64,000 nucleotides of DNA from Calditrichia bacterium (lineage in GTDB: Bacteria; Calditrichota; Calditrichia; RBG-13-44-9; J075): contig JBOEGD010000010.1 in NCBI GenBank assembly GCA_050633245.1, forward strand, positions 1 through 64,000. Reading direction: 5' to 3'. The notes under the pieces are model-generated. The model was not told the origin of the DNA and ran no database searches. It saw only the letters and a list, made by a program, of their open reading frames with translations. Both the position numbers and the translations under genes were made by a program. This document shows, piece after piece, positions 37,772 through 48,915 of the stretch (positions are counted from its first letter, which is position 1; each line of letters begins with the position of its first letter).

Positions 37772-37834
37772 GATTTTCGATTGGGGACTTATATAACTGT
37801 TTATTCTAAGTTTAACTAAAATGTGGGATAGTGA

Positions 37835-38689
37835 ATGGCACAAGAGTTACGATCCATCCGCATCACCAACCGTTATTCTCTGGAAAAGTATTTGGACGAA
37901 ATCAGCCAAATTCCGCTTCTTAAGCCGCAGGAAGAGATTACTCTTACTCAAGGCATTAAAAGAGGCGAGCAGGACTGCCTGCACAAGTTGATTCGCGCCA
38001 ATCTTCGCTTCGTTGTTAAGGTTGCGAAGGAGTACCAAAATCAGGGATTACCGTTGACTGATTTGATCAATGAAGGAAATCTTGGTCTTATTAAGGCCGC
38101 CAAACGCTTCGACGAAACTCGTGGTTTCAAGTTTATATCCTACGCCGTATGGTGGATTCGTCAGTCAATTCTCAAAGCACTGGCAGAACATTCCAGAGTT
38201 GTGAGACTACCGCTTAACCGCGTCGGTCTTATCAGCAAGGTAAACCAGCTGGTCCGCGAGCTGGAGCAGAAATACGATCGCGAACCCTCGTTTGAGGAAA
38301 TTGCCGACAAGCTGGAGATTTCGATTCCTGATATCTCCGAAGCTTTAAGCAGCAGCGCCTTCCACGTTTCTTTAGATCAGCCGATTCACCGCTCCGAAGA
38401 CGGCACAATGAAGGAACTCATCCGCAACCCCGACAGCAAAACTCCCGATGGTGATCTCGTAAAAGAATCTCTCCAACAAGAAATTCGACGCGTGCTGAAG
38501 TCGCTTACACCACGCGAAGAGAAGATCATCAAGATGTATTTTGGTGTCGATTATGAGCGTCCCTATACGCTCGAGGAAATTGGAGAACGCCTGAAACTCA
38601 CACGCGAACGCGTCAGACAGATTAAAGAACGAGCTCTCGTTCGTCTACGCCATCAGTCACGCTCACAGAACCTGCGACTCTTTTTATAG
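37835..38689 (+). CDS. RNA polymerase sigma-70 factor, short RpoD/SigA family (no region 1.1)
   Basis: YLDEI, ANLRFVV, DLINEGNLGLIKAAKRFDETRGFKFISYAVWWIRQ, TLEEIG...TRERVRQI. Confidence 0.95.
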   Translation: MAQELRSIRITNRYSLEKYLDEISQIPLLKPQEEITLTQGIKRGEQDCLHKLIRANLRFVVKVAKEYQNQGLPLTDLINEGNLGLIKAAKRFDETRGFKFISYAVWWIRQSILKALAEHSRVVRLPLNRVGLISKVNQLVRELEQKYDREPSFEEIADKLEISIPDISEALSSSAFHVSLDQPIHRSEDGTMKELIRNPDSKTPDGDLVKESLQQEIRRVLKSLTPREEKIIKMYFGVDYERPYTLEEIGERLKLTRERVRQIKERALVRLRHQSRSQNLRLFL

Positions 38690-38712
38690 GCCACTTCTAT
38701 AAATTCTGATAT

Positions 38713-38827
38713 ACATCAACCATCGGCTTAGCCTCACTGCCTATTTTCTGATTCATTATTAGTCACTTAATTTTGAGTCACTTGAGGAAATGGCAGCGAA
38801 GCCAGCCGATGGTTGGTGTTTCTTTTA
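38713..38827 (+). other. Long imperfect inverted repeat (~107-nt stem-loop) followed by a T-rich run
   Basis: ACATCAACCATCGGCT...CTGCC..TTTC pairs with GAAATGGCAG...AGCCGATGGTTGGTGT; loop contains AGTCACTT twice. Confidence 0.7.
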
Positions 38828-38999
38828 CATCTGCTTGCACAATTCATTTCTTCGTATTAATGTATTACCGCACTTAAGGCATGGCAATCGCACTGCAATG
38901 CGAAACCAATATGCCTCATTGTTTAATTCCCCTAATAGATATTCGATAATAACAAGTAAGCAATATTATAGAGAACTCTACTGTGGAGGTATTTTAGTC

Positions 39000-40358
39000 T
39001 TGAAAAATCTTATGACCAGCGTTTCTGGTGTTCGCGGTATCGTCGGGGACAGCCTGACTCCGGAAGCCATTATTAAATATGTACATGCGTTCGCTCAGCC
39101 GCTTGCCGGTAAGAAGGTAATTGTTGGCGGAGACCCACGCGTTAGTCAATCATTTGTTCGCCCGCTTGTTAAAGCAACTCTGATGGCAAGCGGTTGCCAT
39201 GTTGTCGACATCGGCATCACCCCTACCCCGACGGTGCAAATTGTAACAGAACATCAGGAAGCAGCTGGTGGAATTTCAATCACAGCCAGCCATAATCCTA
39301 TTCAGTGGAACGGACTTAAATTTATCGGCGCCGATGGCCTGTTTCTGCCGGAACGCGAAATAAACGAGTTGTTTCACCGTGCAGACAATGCTGCGAAGAG
39401 CTATGCCAATTGGAAAGATCTTGGCAAAGAAGAAAGCTACGACAATGCCATTCAGGATCACCTCGATCTTATCTGGAAACTTCCTTATATAGACGTGGAG
39501 TTGATTCGCAGTAAAAAATTCAAAGTTGCCCTGGACTGTGTGAATGGCGCCGGTGGTACCATTATTCCACAAATGTTGGAACACCTTGGCTGCGAGGTTA
39601 TTGGTTTGAACCTGGAAGCAAACGGTATCTTTGCTCATACCCCAGAACCAACACCACAAAACCTTGCAGACTTATCTGAGACTGTCAAAGCAAACTCCGC
39701 TGATATCGGAATTGCAGTAGACCCGGATGTAGATCGCTGCGCACTAATAGCCAATGACGGTAATCCAATGGGTGAAGAGTATACCCTGGCTCTTGCGGTA
39801 AAGTACATTCTTAGCAAAAAGCTTGGTCAGGTCGTTATCAACCTTTCTACCTCACGCGTAATCGATGAGATCGTTGAATACTATAACTGCGTGCTGACTA
39901 AAACAAAGGTTGGTGAGATAAACGTTGCTGATAAAATGCGCGATCTTAAAGCTGTTGTTGGCGGCGAAGGAAATGGCGGTGTTATTCTGCCAGACGTTCA
40001 TCTTGGCCGCGATGCACCCGTTGCAGTAGCACTGACGCTTCAGCACCTGGCGGAGTTCGACGGTTCGGTAAGCGATTTAAAGCAGAGCCTGCCGCAGTTC
40101 TACATTCTAAAGGACAAAACACCTCTCGGTGACGTCGATCCGGAAGCAGTTATTGAGCACATGAATAAGAAGTATTCCAGCGAGCGCCTGAACCATCTCG
40201 ATGGACTGCGCATCGACCGCGATGACTGCTGGATTCACCTTAGAAAATCCAACACCGAACCGATTATGCGGGCTATTGTTGAAGCACGCACACCAGAAAT
40301 TGCCTGGACCGTGCTGCAAGAAGTAAAAGAAGAGATTGGTCGTATTCGCTCAAATTAA
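39000..40358 (+). CDS. glmM: Phosphoglucosamine mutase / phosphohexomutase
   Basis: SVSGVRG, TASHNP, DPDVDR, GGEGNGG, RKSNTEP; TTG 39000 with GGAGG (the ORF-track N-terminus is an over-extension). Confidence 0.88.
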   Translation: MKNLMTSVSGVRGIVGDSLTPEAIIKYVHAFAQPLAGKKVIVGGDPRVSQSFVRPLVKATLMASGCHVVDIGITPTPTVQIVTEHQEAAGGISITASHNPIQWNGLKFIGADGLFLPEREINELFHRADNAAKSYANWKDLGKEESYDNAIQDHLDLIWKLPYIDVELIRSKKFKVALDCVNGAGGTIIPQMLEHLGCEVIGLNLEANGIFAHTPEPTPQNLADLSETVKANSADIGIAVDPDVDRCALIANDGNPMGEEYTLALAVKYILSKKLGQVVINLSTSRVIDEIVEYYNCVLTKTKVGEINVADKMRDLKAVVGGEGNGGVILPDVHLGRDAPVAVALTLQHLAEFDGSVSDLKQSLPQFYILKDKTPLGDVDPEAVIEHMNKKYSSERLNHLDGLRIDRDDCWIHLRKSNTEPIMRAIVEARTPEIAWTVLQEVKEEIGRIRSN

Positions 40359-40386
40359 AAGGACCAGATCTTATAAAGAAATAGTT

Positions 40387-40428
40387 TCCCGAAGATACGG
40401 CTAATCGCCGCATCTTCGGGATTTTTTT
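40387..40428 (+). terminator. Intrinsic terminator
   Basis: TCCCGAAGATACGGC...GCCGCATCTTCGGGA + T7. Confidence 0.8.
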
Positions 40429-40484
40429 CCTACCCCATTGCCATTCACTGTTGTATGTTAAAATAAAAACCGGAGCATTCTGCT

Positions 40485-41789
40485 ATGTCGCCCTATGAGA
40501 TAATATCCAAAAAACGCGATGGAAAGACACTAATTGAATCAGAAATTCAGTATTTTATCAAGGGATTCATGGATGAAAGCATCGCAGAATACCAGATGAC
40601 CGCTCTGTTGATGGCAATTTACTTACGCGGTATGACTCCCGACGAAACTATTGCCCTCACCCGTGCTTATATTGCTTCAGGAATCAGTATCGATCTCGAT
40701 GGCCTGGCAGGTCTGAAAGTTGATAAACACAGCACCGGCGGTGTGGGTGATAAGGTATCGATTATATTAGCACCGCTGGTTGCAAGTCTTGGTATTTACG
40801 TGCCAATGATGTCTGGCCGTGGATTGGGACACTCCGGTGGCACACTGGACAAGCTGGAATCGATTCCCGGCTTCCGCACAAATCTTTCTCTCGAAGAATT
40901 CCATCGTGTTCTACGCAAACATCATCTTGCACTTATCGGCCAAACTGCCGAGCTCGTTCCGGCTGACAAACGCATCTACGCCTTAAGAGACGTTACCGCA
41001 ACGGTAGACTGCATTCCGCTGATCTGCGCCAGCATCATGAGCAAAAAGATCGCTGAAGGAGCCAATGGTCTTGTTCTTGATGTAAAATATGGCTCTGGTG
41101 CATTTATGAAGCGCGTAGAAGATGCCGAAGCATTGGCAAAAGGTCTTATAAACATTGGTTCGGCATTTGGGCAGAAAGTTATCGCAAGCATTACTTCCAT
41201 GGAGCAACCGTTGGGCAATAAGATCGGCAACTGGCTGGAAATTGAAGAGTCTCTCGATTGCCTGAATGGCGGTGGACCTAAAGACCTGCGAGAGGTTACG
41301 CTGAATCTCGCCATGCACATGGTGAAGATTGCCAAACCCGAACTTTCCCGTGAAGATGCGATGCGTCTTTGTGTAGAAGCGCTCGATAGCGGAGCGGCGA
41401 TGCAACATTTTCTGGAGATTACCGAGACGCAGGGCGGCGATACCGCAACGTTGCAAAATCCATCCGCCTACCCCACTTCCGCCCATACGTCCATGTTAAA
41501 AGCTGAACGCGATGGCTACATTACGTCGATGAACACCTACGAGATCGGCATAACTTCGGTGGGCATTGGTGCCGGCAGATTAAAAGCAGATGATATGATC
41601 GATCCCAAAGCCGGCATTATTCTCCATAAGAAATGCGGTGACACAGTAAAAGCAGGAGATTCCATTCTCGAGATCAGAACGGATATGAAAGATCGTATGC
41701 AGCCAGCTTTAAATCGTCTGAAAGACGCGATCACCATTGCAAATGACCCAATTTCGCAGCCTGCTCTCATTCTGAAAGAAATCGCCTGA
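40485..41789 (+). CDS. pdp: Pyrimidine-nucleoside/thymidine phosphorylase
   Basis: KKRDG, DKHSTGGVGDK, SGRGLGHSGGTLDKLESIPG, SIMSKK, LDVKYGSGAFMK. Confidence 0.95.
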   Translation: MSPYEIISKKRDGKTLIESEIQYFIKGFMDESIAEYQMTALLMAIYLRGMTPDETIALTRAYIASGISIDLDGLAGLKVDKHSTGGVGDKVSIILAPLVASLGIYVPMMSGRGLGHSGGTLDKLESIPGFRTNLSLEEFHRVLRKHHLALIGQTAELVPADKRIYALRDVTATVDCIPLICASIMSKKIAEGANGLVLDVKYGSGAFMKRVEDAEALAKGLINIGSAFGQKVIASITSMEQPLGNKIGNWLEIEESLDCLNGGGPKDLREVTLNLAMHMVKIAKPELSREDAMRLCVEALDSGAAMQHFLEITETQGGDTATLQNPSAYPTSAHTSMLKAERDGYITSMNTYEIGITSVGIGAGRLKADDMIDPKAGIILHKKCGDTVKAGDSILEIRTDMKDRMQPALNRLKDAITIANDPISQPALILKEIA

Positions 41790-41817
41790 TAACCTTATAA
41801 GAGCTGAATTATCCCGC

Positions 41818-41846
41818 TTGCAATGCCCTGGGGTGAATGTTATATT
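41818..41846 (+). promoter_or_regulatory. Probable sigma70 promoter for tig
   Basis: TTGCAA-17 nt-TATATT. Confidence 0.55.
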
Positions 41847-41898
41847 GTCTGCTCATTTTGTCAAAATAGCCTTACGCTAAAACGGAGAGAATAGTGCT

Positions 41899-43173
41899 AT
41901 GCAGTGTGAATTGAAAGAACTTGAGAAGAATCTTCGCCAAATAGATATCGAAATCGATACCGAAGAACTGGTTGAGATAGAAAAGAAAGTTATTCGCGAT
42001 ATCCAAAAGACGGCGGTTGTTCCCGGATTTCGTAAAGGTAAAGTACCTTCCGGCTTAATAAAGAAGCGGTATGCCGACGTTATTCAGACTGAAGTTCTGG
42101 AAAAAGCTGTTAGTGAATTCTACGGAAAGGCTCTCGATCAGGTAGATATTAAGCCAATTGCCCAGGGATCCATTACAAATATTGATTATAATGGCGTCCC
42201 AACCGGATTGAAGTTTACAATTGAGGTTGAAGTCGAGCCTGTTATCGAATTAAAAAAATACAAGAAATTGAAGCTGGAAAAAGAAGTCGCCGACGTAACC
42301 GAAGATATGATCGGTGAGGCACTTGAAGATATGCGACGCCATTTCGCCACCACCAAGGAAGTTGAGAAAGCCGTTGAAGGCAGTCTGCTTAAGGTAGAAC
42401 TTCAGGAACTTGGTGAAGGCGATACGCCGGTTATTGGTCGAAAATACGAAGACGTTGCTATCGAAATTGGCAGCGGTAAGTTCGACGAAGAAATGGAAAA
42501 GCAGTTAGTTGGCGCAAAAGTCGATGAAGAGCGCGTTATCCGCGGAACAAGCCCCTCTCCCGACCCGGAAAAACCGGGAGAGGCTATTTCTTATAAGGCA
42601 ACGATTAAATCTGTTGAAGAGCAGGAAATTCCGCCGCTGGATGACGAGCTGGCAAAAAGCCTTCAAGATGATCAGATCGAGACTCTTGACCAGTTGAAAT
42701 TGCGTGTAAAGGAAAATCTGCAGGCCAATTTAGATCGCCGTGGTAAGCAGCAATTCACAACTCGCCTGATAGACGAACTGCTTAAAGAGAATCCCTTCGA
42801 CGCTCCGGAAGCTATGGTAAATAATTACCTAGATCATGTGTTAAACGATCTGAAGCAGAAAAACCCCGATGCTCAAATGGATGAGGAATCTCTTCGCAAA
42901 AAATATCGACCGGATGCAATTCACAGTATTCGCTGGCATCTGCTAAAGCAGAAGCTCATTGAAGTCGAAAGTTTGGAAGTCACAGACGACGACATCAAGG
43001 AACGCATAAATTCCTTTGGTATGGGCGGCGCGGAAGCAGAAAAGATCTTTCAGGACATGAGCTTTCTTGGCAGAATGAAGGAAGATCTGATTGAAGAAAA
43101 ACTTCTGACATTTTTGGAAGAACATGCAAACGTTACTGAGATTCAAGCAAAACCCGCTGCTGTAGAGGCCTGA
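41899..43173 (+). CDS. tig: Trigger factor
   Basis: VPGFRKGKVP ribosome-binding motif; FKBP-like middle domain; upstream of clpP. Confidence 0.95.
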   Translation: MQCELKELEKNLRQIDIEIDTEELVEIEKKVIRDIQKTAVVPGFRKGKVPSGLIKKRYADVIQTEVLEKAVSEFYGKALDQVDIKPIAQGSITNIDYNGVPTGLKFTIEVEVEPVIELKKYKKLKLEKEVADVTEDMIGEALEDMRRHFATTKEVEKAVEGSLLKVELQELGEGDTPVIGRKYEDVAIEIGSGKFDEEMEKQLVGAKVDEERVIRGTSPSPDPEKPGEAISYKATIKSVEEQEIPPLDDELAKSLQDDQIETLDQLKLRVKENLQANLDRRGKQQFTTRLIDELLKENPFDAPEAMVNNYLDHVLNDLKQKNPDAQMDEESLRKKYRPDAIHSIRWHLLKQKLIEVESLEVTDDDIKERINSFGMGGAEAEKIFQDMSFLGRMKEDLIEEKLLTFLEEHANVTEIQAKPAAVEA

Positions 43174-43299
43174 TCGCAAAATAATGTACGGTTCTACGGC
43201 TCCAAACAGGCCGCTTGAACAGTGCAGGTCGAAAGCGTGACAATGAACAATTAATGAACCCCTTTAAGCAGTTACATTCTATTTTACGGAGGAATATCG

Positions 43300-43896
43300 A
43301 TGCCTTTAGTTCCAATGGTAATCGAACAGTCGGGAAGAGGTGAACGCGCATTTGATATCTATTCGCGCCTGTTAAAAGAACGAATTATTTTTCTTGGTAC
43401 ACCAATAGATGACAATATCGCCAGTCTTATTATAGCTCAGCTGCTGTTTTTGGAAGCAGATGACCCCGATAAAGATATCTATTTATACATAAACAGCCCC
43501 GGTGGCATGGTTACTTCCGGACTGGCAATTTACGACACGATGCAGTATATTAAGCCAGACGTTGTAACCAACTGCATTGGTCAGGCAGCAAGCATGGGTG
43601 CAATCCTTCTTGCAGCCGGCACCAAGGGAAAGCGTTTTTCGCTGCCAAACTCCCGAATTATGATTCATCAGCCTCTGGGCGGCGTTGAAGGTCAAGCAAC
43701 TGACATTGATATCCACGCAAAAGAGATTTTGAAGATTCGCAAGCGCCTGAACGAGATTCTGGCTGAAACCAGCGGACAATCAATAGAGCGCATCGAAGAA
43801 GATACCGATCGCAACTTTTTCATGACTGCCGCGCAAGGTCTCGAATACGGCCTGATCGACGAGATTCTGGTTCGTCGCAATGACGACAAAAAATAA
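43300..43896 (+). CDS. clpP: ATP-dependent Clp protease proteolytic subunit
   Basis: [34 protein letters not shown]. Confidence 0.98.
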   Translation: MPLVPMVIEQSGRGERAFDIYSRLLKERIIFLGTPIDDNIASLIIAQLLFLEADDPDKDIYLYINSPGGMVTSGLAIYDTMQYIKPDVVTNCIGQAASMGAILLAAGTKGKRFSLPNSRIMIHQPLGGVEGQATDIDIHAKEILKIRKRLNEILAETSGQSIERIEEDTDRNFFMTAAQGLEYGLIDEILVRRNDDKK

Positions 43897-43917
43897 CACG
43901 TTAAGTGGATACCGACC

Positions 43918-45165
43918 ATGTCTGACAGAGAATATTTCGAATATCAGTCCCAATGCTCATTTTGTAATCGCCGTGCCGACCAGGTAGCACAACTTGTTAC
44001 CGGTACGGCAGCAAGCATTTGTGAAAACTGTATTCAAAGTGCCAGTGAGGTACTGAACAAGTCCCGCTACAATCAGTTTCAAAAGGGTGAGTTCAAATTA
44101 CCAAAGCCACGCGAGATCAAAACCTTTCTCGATCAGTTTGTTATCGGACAGGATAAGGCCAAAATTGCCCTGTCCGTAGCGGTTTACAACCACTACAAGC
44201 GCATTACCCTCGAGTCTTTTGATGATGGCATAGAACTCGAGAAAAGCAATATTCTCATGATTGGCCCAACCGGAACCGGTAAAACCTTTCTGGCTCAGAC
44301 GCTTGCCAGACTGCTTCAGGTTCCCTTTTCAATTTCGGACGCCACAACTCTTACCGAAGCAGGTTATGTCGGTGAAGACGTAGAGAACATTCTGGTTCGC
44401 CTCTATCAATCTTCAAATTATGATGTCGCGGCTACACAACGCGGAATCGTCTATATCGATGAAATTGATAAGATTGCACGTAAATCAGGCAGTCCCTCTA
44501 TCACCCGCGATGTTTCTGGTGAAGGTGTGCAGCAGGCCTTGCTGAAGATTCTTGAAGGAACAGTTTCTGCAATTCCTCCCAAGGGTGGTCGCAAGCATCC
44601 TGAAGCTCCAATGGTTCATATCGATACCCGCAATATTCTGTTTATCTGTGGTGGTGCCTTCGACGGACTCGAACCAATTATTTCGAAGCGAATGGGCGAC
44701 AATACGATTGGCTTTGGAGCTCAACTTTCCTCTGAGGAAGAGCCAAATGAAAAACGTGCGATGGAACTCGTTGAGCCGGACGATTTAATGCATTTTGGGC
44801 TGATACCCGAACTGATTGGTCGGCTGCCGGTACTGTGTGGCTTACACCATCTTGGCGAGAAAGAACTGCTTGCCATTCTGGTTGAACCAAAGAATTCTCT
44901 CATCAAGCAATACAAGAAGCTTTTCTCTCTGGAAGGCGTCGAGCTGAAGTTCACCGAGAAAGCATTAAAAGAAATTGTGCGGCTGGCACATGAACGCAAA
45001 ACCGGCGCTCGCGGCTTGCGCAGCATCCTTGAGAAGGTGATGTTGAACGTAATGTTCGATGTGCCCTCACTCGACAACGCTCAGGAATGCTTGATTACCG
45101 AAAAGGTTATTCTTGGCAAGGCCGAACCTACGCTGAAAATGGGGAAATCCCGCCAGTCAGCCTGA
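43918..45165 (+). CDS. clpX: ATP-dependent Clp protease ATP-binding subunit
   Basis: CSFC...ICENC zinc finger, [25 protein letters not shown] loop, TGARGLR. Confidence 0.98.
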   Translation: MSDREYFEYQSQCSFCNRRADQVAQLVTGTAASICENCIQSASEVLNKSRYNQFQKGEFKLPKPREIKTFLDQFVIGQDKAKIALSVAVYNHYKRITLESFDDGIELEKSNILMIGPTGTGKTFLAQTLARLLQVPFSISDATTLTEAGYVGEDVENILVRLYQSSNYDVAATQRGIVYIDEIDKIARKSGSPSITRDVSGEGVQQALLKILEGTVSAIPPKGGRKHPEAPMVHIDTRNILFICGGAFDGLEPIISKRMGDNTIGFGAQLSSEEEPNEKRAMELVEPDDLMHFGLIPELIGRLPVLCGLHHLGEKELLAILVEPKNSLIKQYKKLFSLEGVELKFTEKALKEIVRLAHERKTGARGLRSILEKVMLNVMFDVPSLDNAQECLITEKVILGKAEPTLKMGKSRQSA

Positions 45166-45280
45166 CCCGCTCCAACGTTTGCGGACATTATTTAGAGATC
45201 CGCTCGTATACCAAGTATAATAGAACTCCCGCTCCTTATTGCGGGATTTTTATTCTCAACACCACGGAAAATTCTACCCT

Positions 45281-47629
45281 ATGGAAAAAAAATCATCCCG
45301 CAGTAAAAGCGACGAGCTTCCGGAGATACCTCAAAAACTACCACTACTTCCAATAAGGGATCTGGTGGTTTTTCCGCATTCAGTAGTTCCTCTGCTGGTA
45401 GGACGAGACAAGTCTCTTGCTGCGATACAAAGCGCCAAAGAAAACGGCAACTATCTGATGGTAGCTACGCAAAAAGACTCTGAGAAAGAGAATATCAAAG
45501 CCAGTGATATCTTTCGCGTCGGAACCGTTAGCAAGATTTTACAGGTTTTAGAATTCCCCAATGGCCACTCAAAGGTGGTTGTAGAAGGTATTGTAAGAGC
45601 ACATGCCAGTCGCTTCGTGCGAAACAGCGCTTTCTTTCAAACGAACATCAACGTCTTTAACGAAGCTGACATCTTATTTTCAGAAGTACAGATTAAGCAG
45701 CTGTTCTACTACTTTCAGGAATACATCAACTTTACTCCGGAATTACCCGACGAAATTATAGAACACCTCCGTCAACAGGGCAGCCCACTACGAATGATCG
45801 ATTTTGTCGCACTGAACATTCAATCCGATACGCCTCAAAAACAGAAGATTCTTTCAGAAGCCGATCCCGATAAACGCTTACAGCTTCTGTTAGACACGCT
45901 ACAGCAGTTGATTGGTTATCATCGCGTACGCCAGGATATTGATTCACGCGTTCAGGAAAACCTTCTCAAGAACCAGCGTAATTATTATCTACAGGAAAAG
46001 CTGCGCGTCATCAACCGCGAGCTGGGTGAGGAAGAAGAACAGTCCCCTGAGATTTTAAAGCTCGAAAAAGATCTGGAAGCAGCAAATTTACCTGAGCACG
46101 CTCATGCCAAGGCCAGTGAAGAATTACAAAAACTTAAGAAGATGCCGGCATTTTCACCGGAATACACCGTAGTTCGCAACTATCTTGACGTTATGCTTCA
46201 AATCCCATGGACAAAGCAGACAGAAGATCAGCTGGACATCAATAAAGCGGGAGATGTGCTGGATCGCGATCACTATGGCCTTAAGAAGCCAAAAGAACGC
46301 ATTCTCGAACACCTCGCTGTTTTAAAACGCGTCGGCAGTATGAAAGGCCCAATACTTTGCCTGGTTGGCCCTCCGGGGGTCGGTAAAACCTCGCTTGGTA
46401 AATCGGTAGCTGAAGCATTGAATCGCAACTTTGTGCGCGTTTCGCTTGGTGGTGTTCGCGATGAAGCAGAAATTCGCGGTCATCGTCGCACCTACATCGG
46501 CTCGATGCCTGGTAAAATCGTTCAATCGATGCGTAAGGCAGGCACGCGCAATCCGGTCTTCCTGCTGGATGAAATAGATAAGATGACTTCCGACTTTCGC
46601 GGCGATCCCGGATCAGCTCTCTTGGAGGTGCTCGATCCGGAACAGAATAAAACCTTCAACGATCACTATCTGGATGTCGATTACGATCTATCCGATGTGT
46701 TTTTTATTACAACAGCCAATGTGCAGAGCCAGATTCCCCTCCCCTTGCAAGATCGTATGGAAGTGATTCAACTGCCCGGTTATCTGGAACATGAGAAGGT
46801 TCGCATTGCTGAAGACCACCTCATTCCCAAACAGCGCAAAGCACATGGTCTTTCCGCCAAAGAAATGGGCTTAAAGCGTCCGGCACTACTACGCGTTATT
46901 CGAGAATACACCCGTGAAGCTGGTGTGCGTAATTTGGAACGTGAACTTGCAAATCTTTGTCGTAAGGTTGTGAAACAACTCGCCTCAGACAGCAAGAAGA
47001 AGTCAGTAAACATTGCAGCAAGTAAGATTGGAGACTTTTTGGGCAAACCGAAGTTTCTCGATCGCAAGGCCGACCTTACCGAAGCCGTTGGTTCTGCTAC
47101 CGGCCTGGCCTGGACGGCCTATGGCGGTGACGTTCTAAAGATTGAGGTGAGCATGCTTCCGGGTAAAGGTAAGCTAAGCCTAACCGGAACGCTTGGTGAT
47201 GTAATGAAGGAGTCGGCTCAAACAGCACTCAGCTTTGTGCGATCTATTGCCAGTGACCTGAAGATTTCGCATAAAACATTCGAAAAGAACGATCTGCACA
47301 TTCACCTGCCGGAAGGCGCTGTGCCAAAGGATGGTCCATCTGCCGGCGTTACGCTGGCAGTTGCGCTAATCTCGGCTCTTACCGGACGACGCGTACGTAA
47401 TGATATTGCCATGACCGGTGAAATCACCTTACGCGGACATGTTTTAGCCGTTGGCGGCATTAACGAAAAGCTGTTAGCCGCTCAGCGTAACGGTATCAAA
47501 ACGGTCATTTTACCGGCAGAGAATGAAAAGGAAGTTGATGATTTGCCTAAAGAAATTTCCGATGGTATCACAATTGTTCAGGCCAAGGAATTTAAGGACG
47601 TTATGAAAAAAGTTCTTCTAAAAGCCTAA
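45281..47629 (+). CDS. lon: Lon protease
   Basis: [35 protein letters not shown] (catalytic Ser), GGINEK; ATG 45281 preferred. Confidence 0.97.
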   Translation: MEKKSSRSKSDELPEIPQKLPLLPIRDLVVFPHSVVPLLVGRDKSLAAIQSAKENGNYLMVATQKDSEKENIKASDIFRVGTVSKILQVLEFPNGHSKVVVEGIVRAHASRFVRNSAFFQTNINVFNEADILFSEVQIKQLFYYFQEYINFTPELPDEIIEHLRQQGSPLRMIDFVALNIQSDTPQKQKILSEADPDKRLQLLLDTLQQLIGYHRVRQDIDSRVQENLLKNQRNYYLQEKLRVINRELGEEEEQSPEILKLEKDLEAANLPEHAHAKASEELQKLKKMPAFSPEYTVVRNYLDVMLQIPWTKQTEDQLDINKAGDVLDRDHYGLKKPKERILEHLAVLKRVGSMKGPILCLVGPPGVGKTSLGKSVAEALNRNFVRVSLGGVRDEAEIRGHRRTYIGSMPGKIVQSMRKAGTRNPVFLLDEIDKMTSDFRGDPGSALLEVLDPEQNKTFNDHYLDVDYDLSDVFFITTANVQSQIPLPLQDRMEVIQLPGYLEHEKVRIAEDHLIPKQRKAHGLSAKEMGLKRPALLRVIREYTREAGVRNLERELANLCRKVVKQLASDSKKKSVNIAASKIGDFLGKPKFLDRKADLTEAVGSATGLAWTAYGGDVLKIEVSMLPGKGKLSLTGTLGDVMKESAQTALSFVRSIASDLKISHKTFEKNDLHIHLPEGAVPKDGPSAGVTLAVALISALTGRRVRNDIAMTGEITLRGHVLAVGGINEKLLAAQRNGIKTVILPAENEKEVDDLPKEISDGITIVQAKEFKDVMKKVLLKA

Positions 47630-47650
47630 CTTTTATCTTGGCCATCCCCC

Positions 47651-47694
47651 TATAAAAAAGGCCGTTCCGTAATTACGGAACGGCCTTTTTTATA
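47651..47694. terminator. Bidirectional terminator (perfect 44-bp palindrome)
   Basis: TATAAAAAAGGCCGTTCCGTAA/TTACGGAACGGCCTTTTTTATA. Confidence 0.88.
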
Positions 47695-47724
47695 TCATAA
47701 TAGTTGACGCATAGCTTCACTACA

Positions 47725-47833
47725 TCTCACGTCTTAAAACTACCGTTTTCTATCTTGCGTCTCTTTTCTGCCGTCTGTTATCTTACGTCTTCTATCTTAC
47801 GTCTTCTATCTGCCGTCTTCTATCTTACGTCTC
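47725..47833. repeat. About 16 heptamers arranged as 14-nt units (TCTTACG/TCTGCCG + TCTTCTA)
   Basis: About eight 14-mers, decaying leftwards, abutting the esterase stop codon at 47834. Confidence 0.92.
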
Positions 47834-48562
47834 TTAGATTTTCTCCAGAAAATAGGGTAACATACTACGCCATGTCGGCCAGTCGTGGCCCATATCGTGT
47901 CCCCACAGATCCAGCCAGTGCGGAATGCCTTTACCGTGCAATACTTCAGAGAGTTGCACCGAGCGCTCCGGCGCCTCGTAGTTACCCTGCCCGGTGGCAA
48001 TAATAATCCGCTTGTTGTTGCGCATCTGGTTAAGCATATGCTCATCATTCCAATTCGACAAATAATCTACCGGTGAGTTGAAGTAGACATTTTCATCGAA
48101 GTACCCTTTGGAGTAGGACTTCAGATCATAGCTGCCACTCATTGCGATGGTTCCGGCAAACAGATCAGGGCGGCGAAAGAAGTTATTCGCACAGTGCAGT
48201 GCTCCAAGAGAAGCACCAGTCGTCACAATCGGAACCTCACTCTGGCAGTGTGTGTGAATAAACGGCACCACTTCCTGAGTAATGTAATTGTTGTACTGCT
48301 GATGTCGCACCGCCTTGTCGTAGGGATGCATATTGTTGTTCAACCAGCTTTCATTGTTGATGCTGTTGATGGAAAAAGCTTTCATTTTTCCGGAATCAAT
48401 GAAATGTCCAATTGCATCGATCAGCTGAAATCGTTCATATTCCAAAAAGTCCGCAGCCGCAGTTGGGAACATCAACAGAGCATTGCCATAGTGGCCGTAA
48501 ACAACAATCTCCATATCTTTGTGGAGATTGGGGCTCCACCACTTGTGAATTTCTCTGTGCAT
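47834..48562 (-). CDS. Alpha/beta-hydrolase esterase family protein
   Basis: YGHYG...FPT, TGASLG nucleophile elbow, HDWPTW; ATG 48562 with AGAGGA. Confidence 0.88.
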   Translation of the reverse strand: MHREIHKWWSPNLHKDMEIVVYGHYGNALLMFPTAAADFLEYERFQLIDAIGHFIDSGKMKAFSINSINNESWLNNNMHPYDKAVRHQQYNNYITQEVVPFIHTHCQSEVPIVTTGASLGALHCANNFFRRPDLFAGTIAMSGSYDLKSYSKGYFDENVYFNSPVDYLSNWNDEHMLNQMRNNKRIIIATGQGNYEAPERSVQLSEVLHGKGIPHWLDLWGHDMGHDWPTWRSMLPYFLEKI

Positions 48563-48681
48563 AGGTAATCCTCTATATATGTTTTCTATTGTGTTTTTAG
48601 CTCGGTAGTCCATTTCTGAGCGAGAGAGGAAAATATACGAAGGGGATATGAAATCTCAATGGGTAAAAAAAAGTACAGGGC

Positions 48682-48847
48682 AGAACACAAAATACAGAAC
48701 TCAGAACTCAAATGGAGCGCGGGTAGCGGGTGAAAAGGCCACACAGTTAACGTATATGAGAGGGTGTATGGAAGATAAGGAGAGGGGCGAAAAAACGACA
48801 GATTAAAGACGGCATAGAATATTAATGCCTCAGTGCCTCAGTGCCTT
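48682..48847. repeat. Composite 7-/8-mer repeat tract similar to the tract at 3992-4139
   Basis: AGAACWC-type x4 (48682-709), GCGGGT units, GGAGAGGGGCGAAAAAACGACAGATTAAAGACGGCATAGAA, ARTGCCTY x3 (48824-47). Confidence 0.75.
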
Positions 48848-48915
48848 ATCAAAAAAAAAGGAGCCCCAAAACGAGGCCCCCACTCTAATATTGCTCAAGC
48901 TAATAATCAAATTAA

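Noticed and set aside
38790-38999. N-terminal extension of glmM
   Set aside because: Overlaps the stem-loop and promoter region; homology and the GGAGG RBS point to TTG 39000.
41790-41898. tRNA often found upstream of tig
   Set aside because: No cloverleaf or T-loop (GTTCRA) motif is present; only a promoter-like sequence.
47725-47833. Possible CRISPR array
   Set aside because: Units are contiguous 7/14-mers with no unique spacers; no cas genes in the window.
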